64,000 nucleotides of DNA from Malacoraja senta (GCA_038087875.1 CM075992.1:6698001-6762000), one strand, 5' to 3'. Shown: positions 50,060 through 63,825, counted from the first letter of the stretch. The notes: a model not told the origin generated them from the sequence alone. Made by a program: numbers and translations.

Positions 50060-52181
50060 CGCAGAGTTACTCCAGCATTTTGTGTTTATATTCGGTTAAA
50101 CCAGCATCTGCAGTTCCTTTACACTAAAAGGAATAGGTGACTTTTCCCCACACGTGCCTGTCCAAATGGCTTTTTGAGAGAGTCTAGGACAGGGGGCACA
50201 GCCTCAGAATAAAAGGACATACCTTTAGAATGGAGATGAGGAGAAATGTCTTTAGCCAGAAGGTGGAGAATCTGTGGAATTCATTGCAACAGGCGGCTGT
50301 GGAGGATAGGTCATTGGGTATTTTTAAAGACGAGATTGATAGGTTCTTGATTAGTAAGGGCACCAAAGGTTACAGGGAGAAGGCAGGAGAATGGGGTTGA
50401 AGGAAAAATAGATGAGCCATGATATGGCGAAGCAGATTTGATGGGCCAAATGGCCTAATTCTGCTCCTATGTCTTGTGGCCTTTTAAATGTTATAGTACT
50501 TCCCTCAACCACATCCTCTGGCAACTCGTTCCATATACTCACCACAGTGAAACAGTTGCCCCTCAGGTTCTTATTAAATCTTTCCCATCTCATCATAAAC
50601 CTGTGCCCTCATGTTCTTAATTTCCTTACCCTTTGTAGTCATTACCTACTATGTTCTGCTGCGCTGAAGCAAAGCAAGAATTTCATTGTCCTATCAGGGA
50701 CATATGACAATAAACTCTCTTGAATCTTACCCTGGTGGAAATTCTCTGTGTATTCACCCTATCTATTCCCCTCATGATTTTATACACCTCTATATGGGTT
50801 TCCCATGGAGATGATGAGAAATTAGGGAATATTTATTTTAAAAATTATTTATTTCAGTTTTTTCCTCAGAAGGTGTGTACTTTTGTAGATGGGCATCGAG
50901 ATTCTTTCTGTGAGAGATGATACTTGACGGGCTGTTTGACTGGGGCAGGAATCACCACTGAGCCAACACTGTCAGTCACTAGCTGAAGTTGGGACGTGCT
51001 CAGCATATCAAGCAGCATCTGTGGAGAGAGGAAAAACACAGTTAACATTGCACATCAAAGGCAGTTCATCAGAACACGCAGAGTCTGGGGGTTTAGCACC
51101 GTAAGCACATTCATAGCCAGGGATAGAACAAAATGGGAACCAACAGCGACTTCCTTGCGATGGAACATCTCGGTCCTTTGCTGATCCTCACTAACCACGA
51201 CCTCCCTAGTCAGTAGTGCCTCGTGCACTGTTTGCCTATGCAAGTCCTCAGTAAATGTCAGTTCTTTTTAAACTTACGATGAAAAGGACGCAGCCTCCAG
51301 CGATACTGCTAGCTCTGCTCTGGGAAGTTGGTATTGGACGTGATTTTAAATCATCCAGTCGGCATTTAAAAAAGTGTAGGAAGGAACTGCAGATGCTGGT
51401 TTACACCAAAGATAGACAGTTACACAGTGGGTCAGGAAGCGTCTCTCGAGAAAAGGAATAGGTGGCGTTTTGGGTCGAGACCCTTCTTCGGACTTCTCAG
51501 TCTGAAGAAGGCTCTCAACCCAAATCGCCACCTATTCCTTTTCTCCAGAGATGTTGCCTGAGTTACTGCAGCACTTTATGTCTATCTTCAGTATTTTTAA
51601 AATCCAGTGTGTTTCAGAGTTGAGATCACGGGCGGCTAATGTGATATTCAGTTGTTCCCTAAGTCAATTCCGTAAAAAGATTACTTCTGTAGCTAATGGT
51701 TAAAAAGCCGAGGAAGTTGCTGCCAGCTTGCCTTCTTTCAAAGTAGGCTTGGTTTACACTAAGGGGAACAATGCAGCTCAGAGGTCACATGGGTCAATAC
51801 CAGAGCAGGCTGTCTCTCGGATCAGCCAGCCCTCTTAGCGTGAGTTTTATCTTGTTGGCAGATGGACCATTAATTGGGGGAGACTCGAAGGGAGGATAGT
51901 CTTTTGAATTATTCAGCTTGCTAATTCTCAGCGGGACTCGAGTAGATGCGTGCTCCTCCCCTTCCATCTCCCACCGCGTCCTCACTGTAGTTATCAGCCT
52001 ATTCCATTAAGGGTGTCAAGGGTTGAGAGGAGAAGGCAGGGGAACGGGGTTGAGGGGATGATGGATCAGCCATGATGGAATGGCGGGGTAGACTCGATGG
52101 GCCAAATGGCTCCCACTTCGGCTCCTATGACTTATGAACATGAGATCTGACTCGGGCAGAGACACGACATGCTCGGATACA

Positions 52182-52333
52182 ATGTGTAGGAAAGAACTAC
52201 AGATGCTGGTTTAAATCAAAGGTAGACACAAATCGAAGGTAGACAGTCTGAAGAAGGATCTCGACCCGAAACGTCACCCATTTCCTCTCCAGAGATGCTG
52301 CCTGACCCACTGAGTTACTCCAGCATTTTGTGT
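52182..52333 (-). mobile_element. PLE-derived fold-back mini-element
   Basis: 14-bp TSD CATGCTCGGATACA at 52168-52181 and 52334-52347; CTGAAGA...GAAACGTC core at 52248-52275 on +. Confidence 0.85.
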
Positions 52334-53895
52334 CATGCTCGGATACAGCTGTGCTCCCTGCCCACGGCAGACAGAATGATTTTTGCTTTGCCTCTACCTG
52401 CTAGGCAACGTAACTCCCCCACTTGGCCATCACCCTGGGAGTGGAAGTTGGAAGGACACCATGTGCTGTTACCTCTTCTCCCCCCCCCCCCCCCCCCGGG
52501 GGAAGGGAAAGGGGCAACATCTGCAGAGTGAGACAGTGCCATGACTCCGGGCAATCCCATGCTGGCTGCACAGCAATGTAGCACGTGGCTGTTCTGTAGG
52601 ATTTTACATATGAAATCCTCAGTTTAATTACCTCAGTTCACTTTAGTTCATTGTCATGTGTACAGTGAAAAGCTTTTGTTACGTGCTATCCAGTCAGCGG
52701 AAAGACAACTGTGTAGGAAACTTGTTGTGAGTTTATTTTTTTTTCTGTTTCCATTGGTACATAGAACATTATCTGAAATGCCAGGCAGCACATTGAGATC
52801 TGACTTAGTAAACCAAATAACTCTTAGGGTGGCACAGTGGTAGAGTTACTGCCTCCCAGCGCCAGAGACCCAGGTTCAACCCTGACCTCGGTTGCTGTCT
52901 GTGTGGAGCTTGCACATTCTCCCTATGGGTTTTCTCCTGGCGTTCCGGTTTCCACCCACATCCCAAAGTGGTGCAGCTTTGTAGGTTAATTGCCTTCTGT
53001 AAAATTGTCCCGAGTGTGTAGGATAAAACTGTGATCACGGGTCGGCATGGACTTGGTGGGCTGAAGGGCCTGTTTCAATCTGTATCTCTAAAATAAGCGA
53101 AACAAATCGCCTTTTCCATTCCCTTCGTTCCTACAAAATCCTCCAGTCTGTCAACCAGTTTCCTTGCTCCTCACTTCCAGTGTTACCTTCTTCCAAGACT
53201 CTCCCTCTCTCTCCCCCTCTCTCTCCCTCTCTCTCCCCCCTTCCTCTCCCCCCCTCCCCCTCTCCCTCTCCCTCCCTCTCTCTCCCCCTCTCCCTCCCCC
53301 TCCCTCTCCCCCTCTCTGTGACTCTCTCTGTCTGTCTCTCTCTTGCTCTCTCTGTCTCTGTCTCTCTCTATATCTCTCTCTCTGTGTCTCTCTTTGTCTC
53401 TCACCCCCTCTGTCTCTCTCTCTCGCTCTGTCTCTCTCCCTCTGTCTCTCTCCCCTCTCTCTGTGTCCCTCTCTCTGTATCTCTCCGTGTGTATCTCTCC
53501 CTGTCTCCGTCTCTCCCTGCTTGTCTCTTTATTTGCGTGTTTCTTTCTGTCTGTGTGTCTCTCTTTCCCTGCCTGTGTCTCTCCCCCTCTCTCTCGTTCT
53601 CCGTGATTGTGATGAAGAGTTACTGGATCATTGTTTCCAAGCTCACGCTGATTGAACCTGTTTCAGTTTGATGCATGGATAATTAGCCATCCTGTGGCGG
53701 TAGGAATAATAAATTAAGTTTTGAGCCCTGTTTTTGGGTGATGGAAAGGACTTGTGTTCCCCACGTACATCACAGCAGCTGCACCTTCCACAGTAACGTC
53801 TGCTAATCATTCAAAATCATCTTTAATACTTACAAAAGACAATGCCAATGAAGTAATAATTCATAAAGGTGAAAGAACACAGTATAGAGAAAGGG

Positions 53896-54133
53896 TCGAA
53901 GATGGACACAAAATGCTGGAGTAACTCAGTGGAACAGGCAGCATCTCTGTTGAGAAGGAATGGGTGACGTTTCGGGTCGAAACTCTTCAGACTGAAGTTC
54001 AGTCTAAAAAAGGGTCTCGACCTGAAATGTCACCCATTCCTTCTCTCCAGAGATGCTGCCTGTTCCACTGAGTTACTCCAGCATTTTGTGTCTATCTTCA
54101 GTTTAAACCAGCATCTGCAGTTCCTTCCTGCAC
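53896..54133 (+). mobile_element. PLE-derived fold-back mini-element
   Basis: Long near-perfect inverted arms; 12-bp TSD ATAGAGAAAGGG at 53884-53895 and 54134-54145. Confidence 0.88.
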
Positions 54134-55029
54134 ATAGAGAAAGGGACAGTGGGAAGATGACTGCTCTGGGCAAGGTCTCACTTGCTCAGTGGATGCAGTT
54201 GGCTCAACGGTTGGGTACGCTGTATCCCGAGAGACTGCTGTGTGCCACGTAAACATAGAATATAGATCAAAGAGCTGTACAGCACAGGGACAGGCCCTTT
54301 GGCCCACAATGTCTGTGCCAAACACAATGCCAACATAAACAGATCTTTGCCTGTACATGATCCACATCCCTCCATTCCCTGCATATCCATGTGCTGTCCC
54401 AAAACCTCTTAAATGCCACTATCTGCCTCCACTACCACCCCAGGTAGTGTGTTCCAGGCACCCACCACTCTGTACAAAATAAATTCCCCATGCATCACTT
54501 AAGAGACATAGCGCTGAAACATGCTCTTTGGCCCACCAAGTCCGTGCCGACCAGTACCTTGTGCACTAACACTATCTTACATACAAGGGACAATTTACAT
54601 TTTTTTAACCAAAGCCAATTAACCTACGCACCTGTACATCTTCGGTGTGTGGGAGGAAACCAGAGCTCCCAGAGAAAACCCACACGGTCACAGACTAGTA
54701 TACAAACTCCGTACAGACAGCACTCGTGATCAGGGTCGAACCCGAGTCTTTGGAACCGTATGGCAACAGCTCTACTGCTGCACCACTATGCTGCCCCCAT
54801 CTCCTTTCAACTTTGTCCCTCACACCTTAAACCTCCAAGTGTATGCCTCCCTTTTTCTTAAGTGTGTGGCATTAATAAAAAGATGAAATCTCGCTCTATT
54901 TCTAATAAGATGGAAGCGTTCATAAATCAAAGCCTTTAGGTTGATTGTAAGCTGGAGAGCTGCTTGGTATCCTTGCTGAATCAGAATTCTTCCGAGAGCA
55001 AGAATGTTTCAGCTCCGCGGAATGGTTGG

Positions 55030-55750
55030 ACAGACTTGGGTTGTTTATTCTGGAACGTCGGAGGCTGAAGGGAGATTTGATGGAAGTATATAAAATGATG
55101 AGAGGCATAGATAGGGTAGACAGTCAGAGCCTTTTTCCCCAGGGTGGAAATGTCCAGCACTAGAGGGCATAGCTATAAGGTGAGCGGGGGAAAGTTTAAT
55201 GGAGATATGCGGGGTAAGTTATTTTTACAGAGAGTGGTGGGGGCCTGGAACACGCTGCCAGAGGTGATGGTGGAGCCAGGTGCGATAGTGGCGTTTGAGG
55301 TTGTTGGATAGGTACCCGGACGTGGCGTCGAAGGACGAGAAGCCGAAGCAAAGAAGTGGAAGCCAAATAACCGAATGGAAACAAAGCCGAATCGCCAAAT
55401 AACCGAAAGCGTACGAAGCAGAAACGCCAACTAACCGAAAGGGTGGGAAGCCTAAAAGCAAACGAACCAAAAGGCTGCGTCGCTTAAAAGCAAACTCACC
55501 AAATGGCCGCTCCGGTTATTTGGCGTTTCGGCTTTGTTTCCATTCGGTTATTTGGCTTCTACTTCTTTGCTTTGGCTTCTCGTCCTTCAACGCCACGTCC
55601 GCACACGGTTGGATAGGCACATGGATACGCAGGCAATAGAGAGATATGCATCATGGACAGGCAGATGAGATCAGTTTTACGTGGCATGCTCAGCACAAAC
55701 ATTGTGGGCTGAAGGGCTTGTTCCTGTTCCGTACTGTTTGCTAGTCTATC
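55030..55750 (+). mobile_element. CR1 LINE 3' fragment interrupted by the 55313-55607 element
   Basis: GGAACGTCGGAGGCTGAAGGGAGATTTGATGGAAGTATATAAAATG (ERRRLKGDLMEVYKM) and CR1 3' UTR. Confidence 0.8.
55313..55607. mobile_element. Unclassified fold-back/MITE-like element inserted in a CR1 tail
   Basis: 89-bp inverted repeats 55317-55405 / 55513-55601 with about 4 mismatches; flanking direct repeat GTTGGATAGG at 55303 and 55608. Confidence 0.8.
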
Positions 55751-57483
55751 TTCTATACATTTATGTTAATTCAAGAATATATATTTAAATTAATAATTGC
55801 CAAGTGTTTTGTGTTTAAAAGCATGTCAGTGTCTGTCTTTATGCTCCTTGCGTCCCCTCCCATCCTTCATCTGATCCAGTGGTTTGCAAACCACGGGCCG
55901 CATGTGACTCATTGCAGTCTAAAGAACATCCTGTTGAAACGCTCTAATGGATCAAGAGTTGAAAGAGTTTAATTGTCATGTGTACCAGTCACGGAACCAT
56001 TCTTACTTGCTGCAGTTTCAAAGGCCCGTTAACTCAATAACACATCGATAAATATACAATAATTGTGATTATAGTAAATTAATAACCATCAGTAGCCATT
56101 TAATAACCAATAACCATCATCACTACTGGAGTTGCTGCTTCACAGCACCAGAGATCCAGGTTCGATCCTGACCACGGACACAAGTCTGTGTGTGGAGTTT
56201 GCACGTTCTCCCTGTGACTGAGTGAGTTTCTTCTGGGTACTCCGGTTTCCTCCTACATCCCGAAGACAAGCGGGTTTGTAGGTTAATTGGCCCTCTGTAA
56301 ATTGCCCCCAGTAGGTAGGGACGAGAAAGTGCGATAATGTAGAACTATTCCCTCGTAGAACGGGTGATCGATGGGCTGGGAACACCTTGGCCAAGAGTTC
56401 ATTGTTATATATTGGACTGCAGTGTGGGGTCCAATCTGCTGTTAACAACATCAGTGTTTGAGGGTGCAGAGAATCCTGCATGGGTGGCACGGTGGCGCTG
56501 CAGTAGAGTTGCTGCCTTACAGCGCCAGAGACCCGGGTTTGATCTTGACCATGGGTGCTGTCTATGGAGATTGTACGTTCTCCCCGTAACCTGTGTGGGT
56601 TTTTCCCGGGTGCTCCGATTACCTCCCACACTCCAAAGACGTACAGGTTTGTAGGTTAATTGACTTTGGTAAAATTGCAAATTGTCCCTAGTGTGTGTAG
56701 GATAGTGTTAGCGTGAGGGGATCACTGGTCGGGACGGACTTGGTGGGCCGAAGGGCCTGTTTCCGCACTGTATCTCTAAACTAGACTGGAGAGAGACGAG
56801 GTGGTGGTGACGTGGATAATCTACATGCCTGGAACTAGATGCTAAAACGAGAATAATTTAATGCAACCCTGGATATGATGGCCTGAGTCAACCTATAATG
56901 TGGGCTGACTTTGCTGGTTGGGGATTGACCAAAGGGCAGATGGAGTTAGAGATAGTGAATAGATCACAAGGTGTGCTAAAGAGCCTGAATGTTGCTGGGA
57001 TGAAGCTGTTCCAGAACCTGAATGTCCTTGGAAAGATCAGCGGGTCAGGCAGCATCTGTGGAGCAAACAGACAGACAACCTTTTGGGTCGGGACGCTTCT
57101 TCAGACTGAGTCTGAGACATTGTCTGTCCACTTCCTCCACAGATGCTGCCTGGTCTGCTGAGTTTGTGTTTTGCTCAAGATTCCAACATCTGCAGATTCT
57201 TGTGTGTCTGTGTTAGAGATGGTGTTTGGTTAAAGATAAGCGACGTGTAGTGGTACTGGCTCCAGAAGCCCTCTCCCTTCCTGCTTCCTGTGACTGTAAG
57301 GGAGACAGAAATAGACTTCAAAGAGATATAGACAGCCCAGTGGAAAGAGCGGATATGTGGCTGGCAAAACCTATTGCGTAGAAATGTGAAGTGTTACATT
57401 TTGTGAGGATGAGACAATATAGACCAGAAAGATCTGCGAGTGTGTATTGAAAATGGCAGGGCAGGAAAAGCATAAGAACAAGG

Positions 57484-57647
57484 AATGTAGATGCAAGGAA
57501 CTGCAGATGCTGGATCACAATGAAAGATCCAAAATGCTGGAGTAACTCAGACTCTGAAGAAGGGTCCCCCAACCCGAAACATCACCCATCCATGTTCTTC
57601 AGAGATGCTGCCTGACCCGTTGAGTTACTCCAGCATTTTGTGTCTTT
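57484..57647 (-). mobile_element. PLE-derived fold-back mini-element
   Basis: 12-bp TSD ATAAGAACAAGG at 57472-57483 and 57648-57659. Confidence 0.82.
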
Positions 57648-58977
57648 ATAAGAACAAGGGACTTCAGTGTTGCTTTACTTGTCACAAAAGCAAATGCACC
57701 GTGAAATTATTTTTGCATATTTACACATGCCATGTTTTGGCACCATTATTCAAAGTCCAGTCAGCCCACGGGCTCGATGTACTGGAGCAGTTCCCGTGAA
57801 CCAAAGACTCTCCTCTCCTTGCCCGGCCATCTTTGTGTCTCGGGGGCGCCTCGTGCAGCCGACCTTGAAAGCGCTGGAGGCATTACCCTGGTTCACCCTC
57901 CTACCAGCCCTTGCTCCTCGCGTTCGATGTCTCCAGCTTCGTCCGGTTACGCCGACCGACGAGCCTTCAGGCAAGGTCCCGTTGACCAACGAGCCTTTGG
58001 GCAAGCTCCCTTTTTTGATAAACTGTTGTAAACTGTTGTAAAAGACCAGTTCAGTCATTGCTGGAATGTTATTTACACTTTTGGGTGCCATAATTTAGAA
58101 AAAATGTGAAGACAAAAAAAAAAGGTGTTGAAGAGATTTATTATCATTCCAAGGACCTCCAGGTTCAGGAACAGTTTCTTCCCAACATCATTCAGGCTCT
58201 TGAACAGCCCCTTAAACACTGAGGGCCTGTAAATCTGCAGCAAGTAAGATTTCCATTGTCAAGGAACTTAACACCATCCAACACAACCTCAGCCATTTTA
58301 CTGCATCCACTGCTAGACCAAAACACCAAGTGCTGGAAGAATGTGGTCTGAAGAAGTTTCCCGACCCGAAACGCAATCTGTCCATTCCCTCCACAGATGC
58401 TGCCCGATGAGTTCCTCCAGCAATTTGTGTTCCACCCCGGATTTCAGCATTTATGCACAAATGGAGCAGCTAGAGCTGCTGTCTTACAGTGTCAGAGATT
58501 CGATCCTGACCTCGGGCACTGTCTGTGTGGAGTTTGCACATTCTCCCTGTGACCATGTGGTTTCCTCCCAGTGCTCCGTTTTCCTCCCACATCCCAAAGA
58601 TGTGTGGGTTTGCCGGTTAATTGGTCCTCTGTACATTGCCCCTAGCGTAGGGAATGGATGAGAAAGTGGGATGACACAGGACTAGTGTTAATGGGTGATC
58701 GATGGGCCTGAGGGCCTGTTTCCATGCATTCAATCAATAAATCAATCAATCTGTAGTTCCCCTTGTCTCCACTGAACATAATACCTACAATGTTTACTGC
58801 AAAATACGCTAGCATTTCACCAGATCTCAGGACACTGCACTGGTTCAATGCCACTTTATTGTTTCATGTATCGAGGTACAGCAAAATCTTTTTTTCATAA
58901 CGTCCAGTAAAATCTTACTATACATAAGCACAATCATACTTAAGTACAAGAGTGTAAGAATAGCAGATTACACTGTA

Positions 58978-59430
58978 GTGTCATATGATGAAAGAATGGG
59001 TCGACTGGGCTTGTATTCACTGGAATTTAGAAGGATGAGAGGGGATCTTATAGAGACATGTAAAATTCTTAAAGGATTGGACAGGCTAGATGCAGGAAAA
59101 ATGTTCCCGATGTTGGGGGCGTCCAGAGCCAGGGGTCACAGTTTAAGAATAAGGGGTAGGCCATTTAGGACTGAGATGAGGAGAAACATTTTCACCCAGA
59201 GATTTGTGAATCTGTGGAATTCTCTGCCACAGAAGGCAGTGGAGGCCGGTTCACTGGATGTTTTCAAGAGGGTTAGATTTGGCTCTTGGGGTTAATGGAA
59301 TCAAGGGATATGGGGAAAAAGCAGGAACGGGGTACTGATTTTAGATGATCAGCCATGATCATATTGAATGGCGGTGCTGGCTCGAAGGGCGAAATGGCCT
59401 ACTCCTGCACCTATTTTTCTATGTTTCTAC
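58978..59430 (+). mobile_element. CR1 (HER1-like) LINE 3' fragment
   Basis: SYDERMGRLGLYSLEFRRMRGDLIETCKILKG...NLWNSLP C-terminal motif and 3' UTR ending in TTTCTATG repeats. Confidence 0.9.
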
Positions 59431-61774
59431 TCTTATGATTGGTGTCCGCAGATTTTTTTGTGCTTTACCTGGTTTAATCTCTTAACTGAAACACGGGTCA
59501 TCCCACAGGTCCTCCATTCGGCTGTCAGCTCGGATTTTTAATGCTAATGGTTTCTTCACTGGTATAAGCGAATGCGGGAGGAAACCGAAGATCTTGGAGA
59601 AAACCCACGCAGGTCGCGGGAAGAACGTACAAATTCCGTACAGACAGCACCCGAGGTCAGGATCGAACAGCTCTACCCACTGCCGCCCTTTTCCTGTAAC
59701 CTACCATACGCCTACTATACCACTCTGCAAGCAAAGGTAAAAATAGAAAGTAGCTGGAGGAAGACAAACAGCCCTCCTGATGTGGAATCCAGGCTTCATT
59801 TAATTAAAACTTCCATCCGAACAACCTCCAATTTGTGTTCAACGGGCAACACTCTCCTCTCAGGGTCCCGTTTATTCTCTTGCCTGGCGGCAGCTCCTTG
59901 CAAAGCACAGCCAGTGAAATAATCTGGTTATTTTTAGCGCCCGTTGGGAAAGTGCAGAGATCGGTCATTCTCACCAGCTCAACTACACACAGCCCACACT
60001 TCCCGTGACAGCTGGAGATGCTTGCTGCGTGATTGGATTGGTGAAACAATTAGTTTTTTTTTAAATATGGGAGAGAAAACTGGTTAACTAACTCCCCGCC
60101 AGCTATGTTTCTCACAGCAGCTGAGAGAGCCCTGTTTTTTTTTACACCGGGGGAAGAAAGGGCTTAATTATCTTTCGAATCGATCTGCTGCTGTTGCTGT
60201 GACACTGTGCCCTTTTTGAAATTAGTATTCTGCAGCCGGGGATACAGCGAAGAACATCCTGAGAGAAGAAGGGCGTGCTGCAGGAGGGAGCTTTTCAGCT
60301 GTAAAATGTGTTAATTGAACGGGTTATCTTCCTTTGTTTCTCACTGGAGGGAAGAGGTGGGTGCGCTGAGGAGACATGGGGGAGAAAGGTCTTGTGGGAG
60401 GGGGCTGTGCAGGAAGGAACTGCAGATGCTGGTTTACACCAAAGATAGACACAAAGTGCTAGAGTAACTCAGCGGGTCAGGCAACATCTCTTGATAGAAG
60501 GAATGGGTGACGTTTCGGGTCGAGACCCTTCTAGACGTGAAAAACCACGACAATTTAAGACATGAAAAGCCACGTCTTGAATCGTAGAATTTCCGTGGCT
60601 TTTCATGTCTAGAATTTTTGTGGCTTTTCACGTCTAGAATTTTCGTGGCTTTTCACGTCTTGAATTTCATGAAGTCTGAGGAGTTACTCTTGCATTTTGT
60701 GTCTATCTTCGGTGGAAGGGCTCTCTTTGTTCTGGTAACTTGGACGCTTGGTCAGCCCGTAGCAAATGGCAAACTGGGGAGAGTGTCTTATTGAAAGGTG
60801 GAAATATCTAGTCTGACAGAGTGGATGTGGTGTTGGGAATCATGGGTCACAATGTGGAAATCAGGGGTCAGCTATACACAAGAAAGATGAGAAGGGATTT
60901 CTGGCTGAGTGGTCCATCACACAAACCGGCCCCCTGCACCATCGATTCCACCTACACCACGCTGCCTCGGGGGAAAGGACCCAACATAAACAAGGACCAC
61001 TCACACCCAGTCCTTTCCTCTTCTCCCTTCTCCCATCGGGTAGAAGATACAAAAAGCTTGCAAGAACATAACACTGTTGTTTACTGAACAGTCCTCTCAC
61101 AAACTAGGGTGCAGACCTGATCTCCCAACCTACCTCTTGTTGGATTTTTCTATCTGCACTTTCTCTGTAACTGTAACCCAAAACACTGTATTCTGCACTC
61201 CATTTGCAAGTTGTCTATTACTTGATTGTACTCATGAAGAGTATAATTTGACTGGACGCAAGCAAACCACTCCATATCCTTAATAGCCTCTATTCCAGGC
61301 AGCAGTCTGGTAAACCTCATCTGCACCCTTTCCAAAGCCTCCACATCCTTCCTGTAATGGGGTGACAAGAACTGCGCACAATACTCCAAATTTGGCCCAA
61401 CTAAAGTTTTATGAAGCTGCAAAATGACTTCCCCACTCTTATATTCCATGCCCAACCTCACTGCCCCTTGTCACCGCGTGGGTTTACTCTGGGTGCTCCG
61501 GTTTACTCCCACATCCCAAAGACATGCGGATTTGTAAGTTAATTGATCTCTGTAAATAGCCCCTAGTGTATGGAGTGGATGTGAAAATGGGATAACATCG
61601 AACTAGTGTGAACTGGTTATCGATGGCTGGCATGGATTCTGTGGGCCAAATGGCCTGTTTCCATGCTGTGTCTGTTAACAAAGAGGTCCCAACAATGATC
61701 CCAGTAGAACAACACTGGTCAGAGACCTCCAGCCAGAATAACATCCTTCCAGCATTACTCTCTGTCTTCTATAA

Positions 61775-63020
61775 CCATATAACAATTACAGCACGGAAAC
61801 AGGCCATCTCGGCCCTTCTAGTCCGTGCCGAACACTTACTCTCACCTAGTCCCATCTACCTGCACTCAGACCATAACCCTCCATTCCTTTCCCGTCCATA
61901 TACCTATCCAATTTATTTTTAAATGATAAAAACGAACCTGCCTCCACCACTTCCACTGGAAGCTCATTCCACACAGCTACCACTCTCTGAGTAAAGAAGT
62001 TCCCCCTCATGTTGCCCCTAAACGTTTGTCCCTTAATTCTCAAATCATGTCCTCTTGTTTGAATCTTCCCTACTCTCAATGGAAAAAGCTTATCCACGTC
62101 AACTCTGTCTATCCATCCCATAATTTTCAAGACCTCTATCAAGTCCCCCCTTAACCTTCTGTGCTCCAAAGAATAAAGACGTATCTTGTTCAACCTTTCT
62201 CTGTAACATAGGTGCTGAAACCCAGGCAACATTCTAGTAAATCTCCTCTGTACTCTCTCTATTTTGTTGACATCTTTCCTACATTATGCACATTATGCAC
62301 ATAGCACATTATGCTATATTGCACCTTTTATTAATGAATATTTTATATAATGTATATGTCCATTGTCTATTTTTATTGGTACACTGTCTGTCTGTGTTAT
62401 AAATATTACTTGCACATTGGAGTATGGAGAAACGCAATTTCAATCCTCTGTGTAACTACTTGTTACATTATTTGAATTGACAATAAAAAAAAAAATTACT
62501 AATTACTATTACTATTACTATAATTTGGCGACCAAATTTGTACACCATACTCCAGAATTCTATGGGTAAGCTCCTTCTGAATTCAAACTATCAAGACCCG
62601 TGTATCTTAAATTTCTGGATGAGCCTACCAGGAGGGAACTTGTGAAATACCTTGCTGAAATCAATATGTACTGCCATTATCCACTGCCCTTCCCTCATCG
62701 ATCACCTTCATGACCACAAAAAAACTCAATCTAGTTTGTAAGACATGAACTGCCAAAACTATGCTCACTGTCCCCAATTAACCCATTCTCTTCCAATGAG
62801 AATAAATGCTTTCCCAAAGGATCCTCTCCAATAGCTTCCCTACCAATGATGTGTGAATCTCCGGTCTATAATTTCCTGGATTATCCCGATTTCTTTTCTC
62901 GAACAATGGAACAACATTGGCTACTGTCCAGTCCTCTGGGAACTTGCCAACAGCTAAAGAAGATACAAAAATCTTCGTCAAAGCCCCTCCAATCTCCTCT
63001 CTTGGCTTTCTCAATAATCT
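61775..63020 (-). mobile_element. Cluster of CR1 LINE fragments
   Basis: ORF 61846-62232 (YSLEHRRLRGDLIEVLKIM...WNELP) and ORF 62778-63014 (PEDWTVANVVPLFEK...NPGNYRP). Confidence 0.85.
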
Positions 63021-63825
63021 GGTGCAGCATGGTGACGCAGTGGCAGAGTTGCAGCCTCACAGCGCCAGAGACCCGTGTTCGATCATGACTACAGGTGCTG
63101 TCTGTACAGAGTTTGTACGTTCTCCCCATGACCTGCGTGGGTTTTCCCCGGGTGCTCTGGTTTCCTCCCACACTCCAAAGACGTACACGTTTGTATGTTA
63201 ATTGACTTTGGTAAAATTATAAATTGCCCCTAGTGTGTGTAGGATTGTGTTAGTGTGCGGAGATCCCTGGTCGTGCAGACTCGGTGGGCCGAAGGGCCTG
63301 TTTCTGCTCTGTATCTCCAAAGTAAACTGAACTAGTCTTATCAGGCCCTGGGATATAACCAATTAATTATCTTCAAAAGACTTAATGCTGCCTACTTTAG
63401 ATTTTTACTTTAGCAATACAGGGGGGAAATAGGCCCTTCGGCCCACCAACTCCACATCGACCAGCACACTAGGGACAATTTACAACTTTTTTACTGAAAC
63501 CATTTAACCTACAAACCTGTACGTCTTTGGATTGTGGGAGGAAACTGGAGCACTGGGAGAAAACCCACGTGGTCACAGGGAGAACATACAAACTCCATAC
63601 AGACAACACCCATAGTCAGTTGTTCAAGAAGGAACTGCAGTTGCTGGAAAATCGAAGGTATACAAAAGTGCTGGAGAAACTCAGCGGGTGCGGCAGCATC
63701 TATGGAGCCCATAGATCCCATAGTCAGGTTTGGAGCTGGTCATTGGCGCTGTGAGGCAGAAACTCTACCGCTGCGCCACCGTGCTGCATTAGATAATTTG
63801 AGTTTGATTTTGGGGGCGGTTGTTT

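Noticed and set aside
49917..60670. CRISPR-like arrays suggested by the 48-bp and 25-bp repeats
   Set aside because: Head-to-tail tandem units without unique spacers, eukaryotic context, no cas genes
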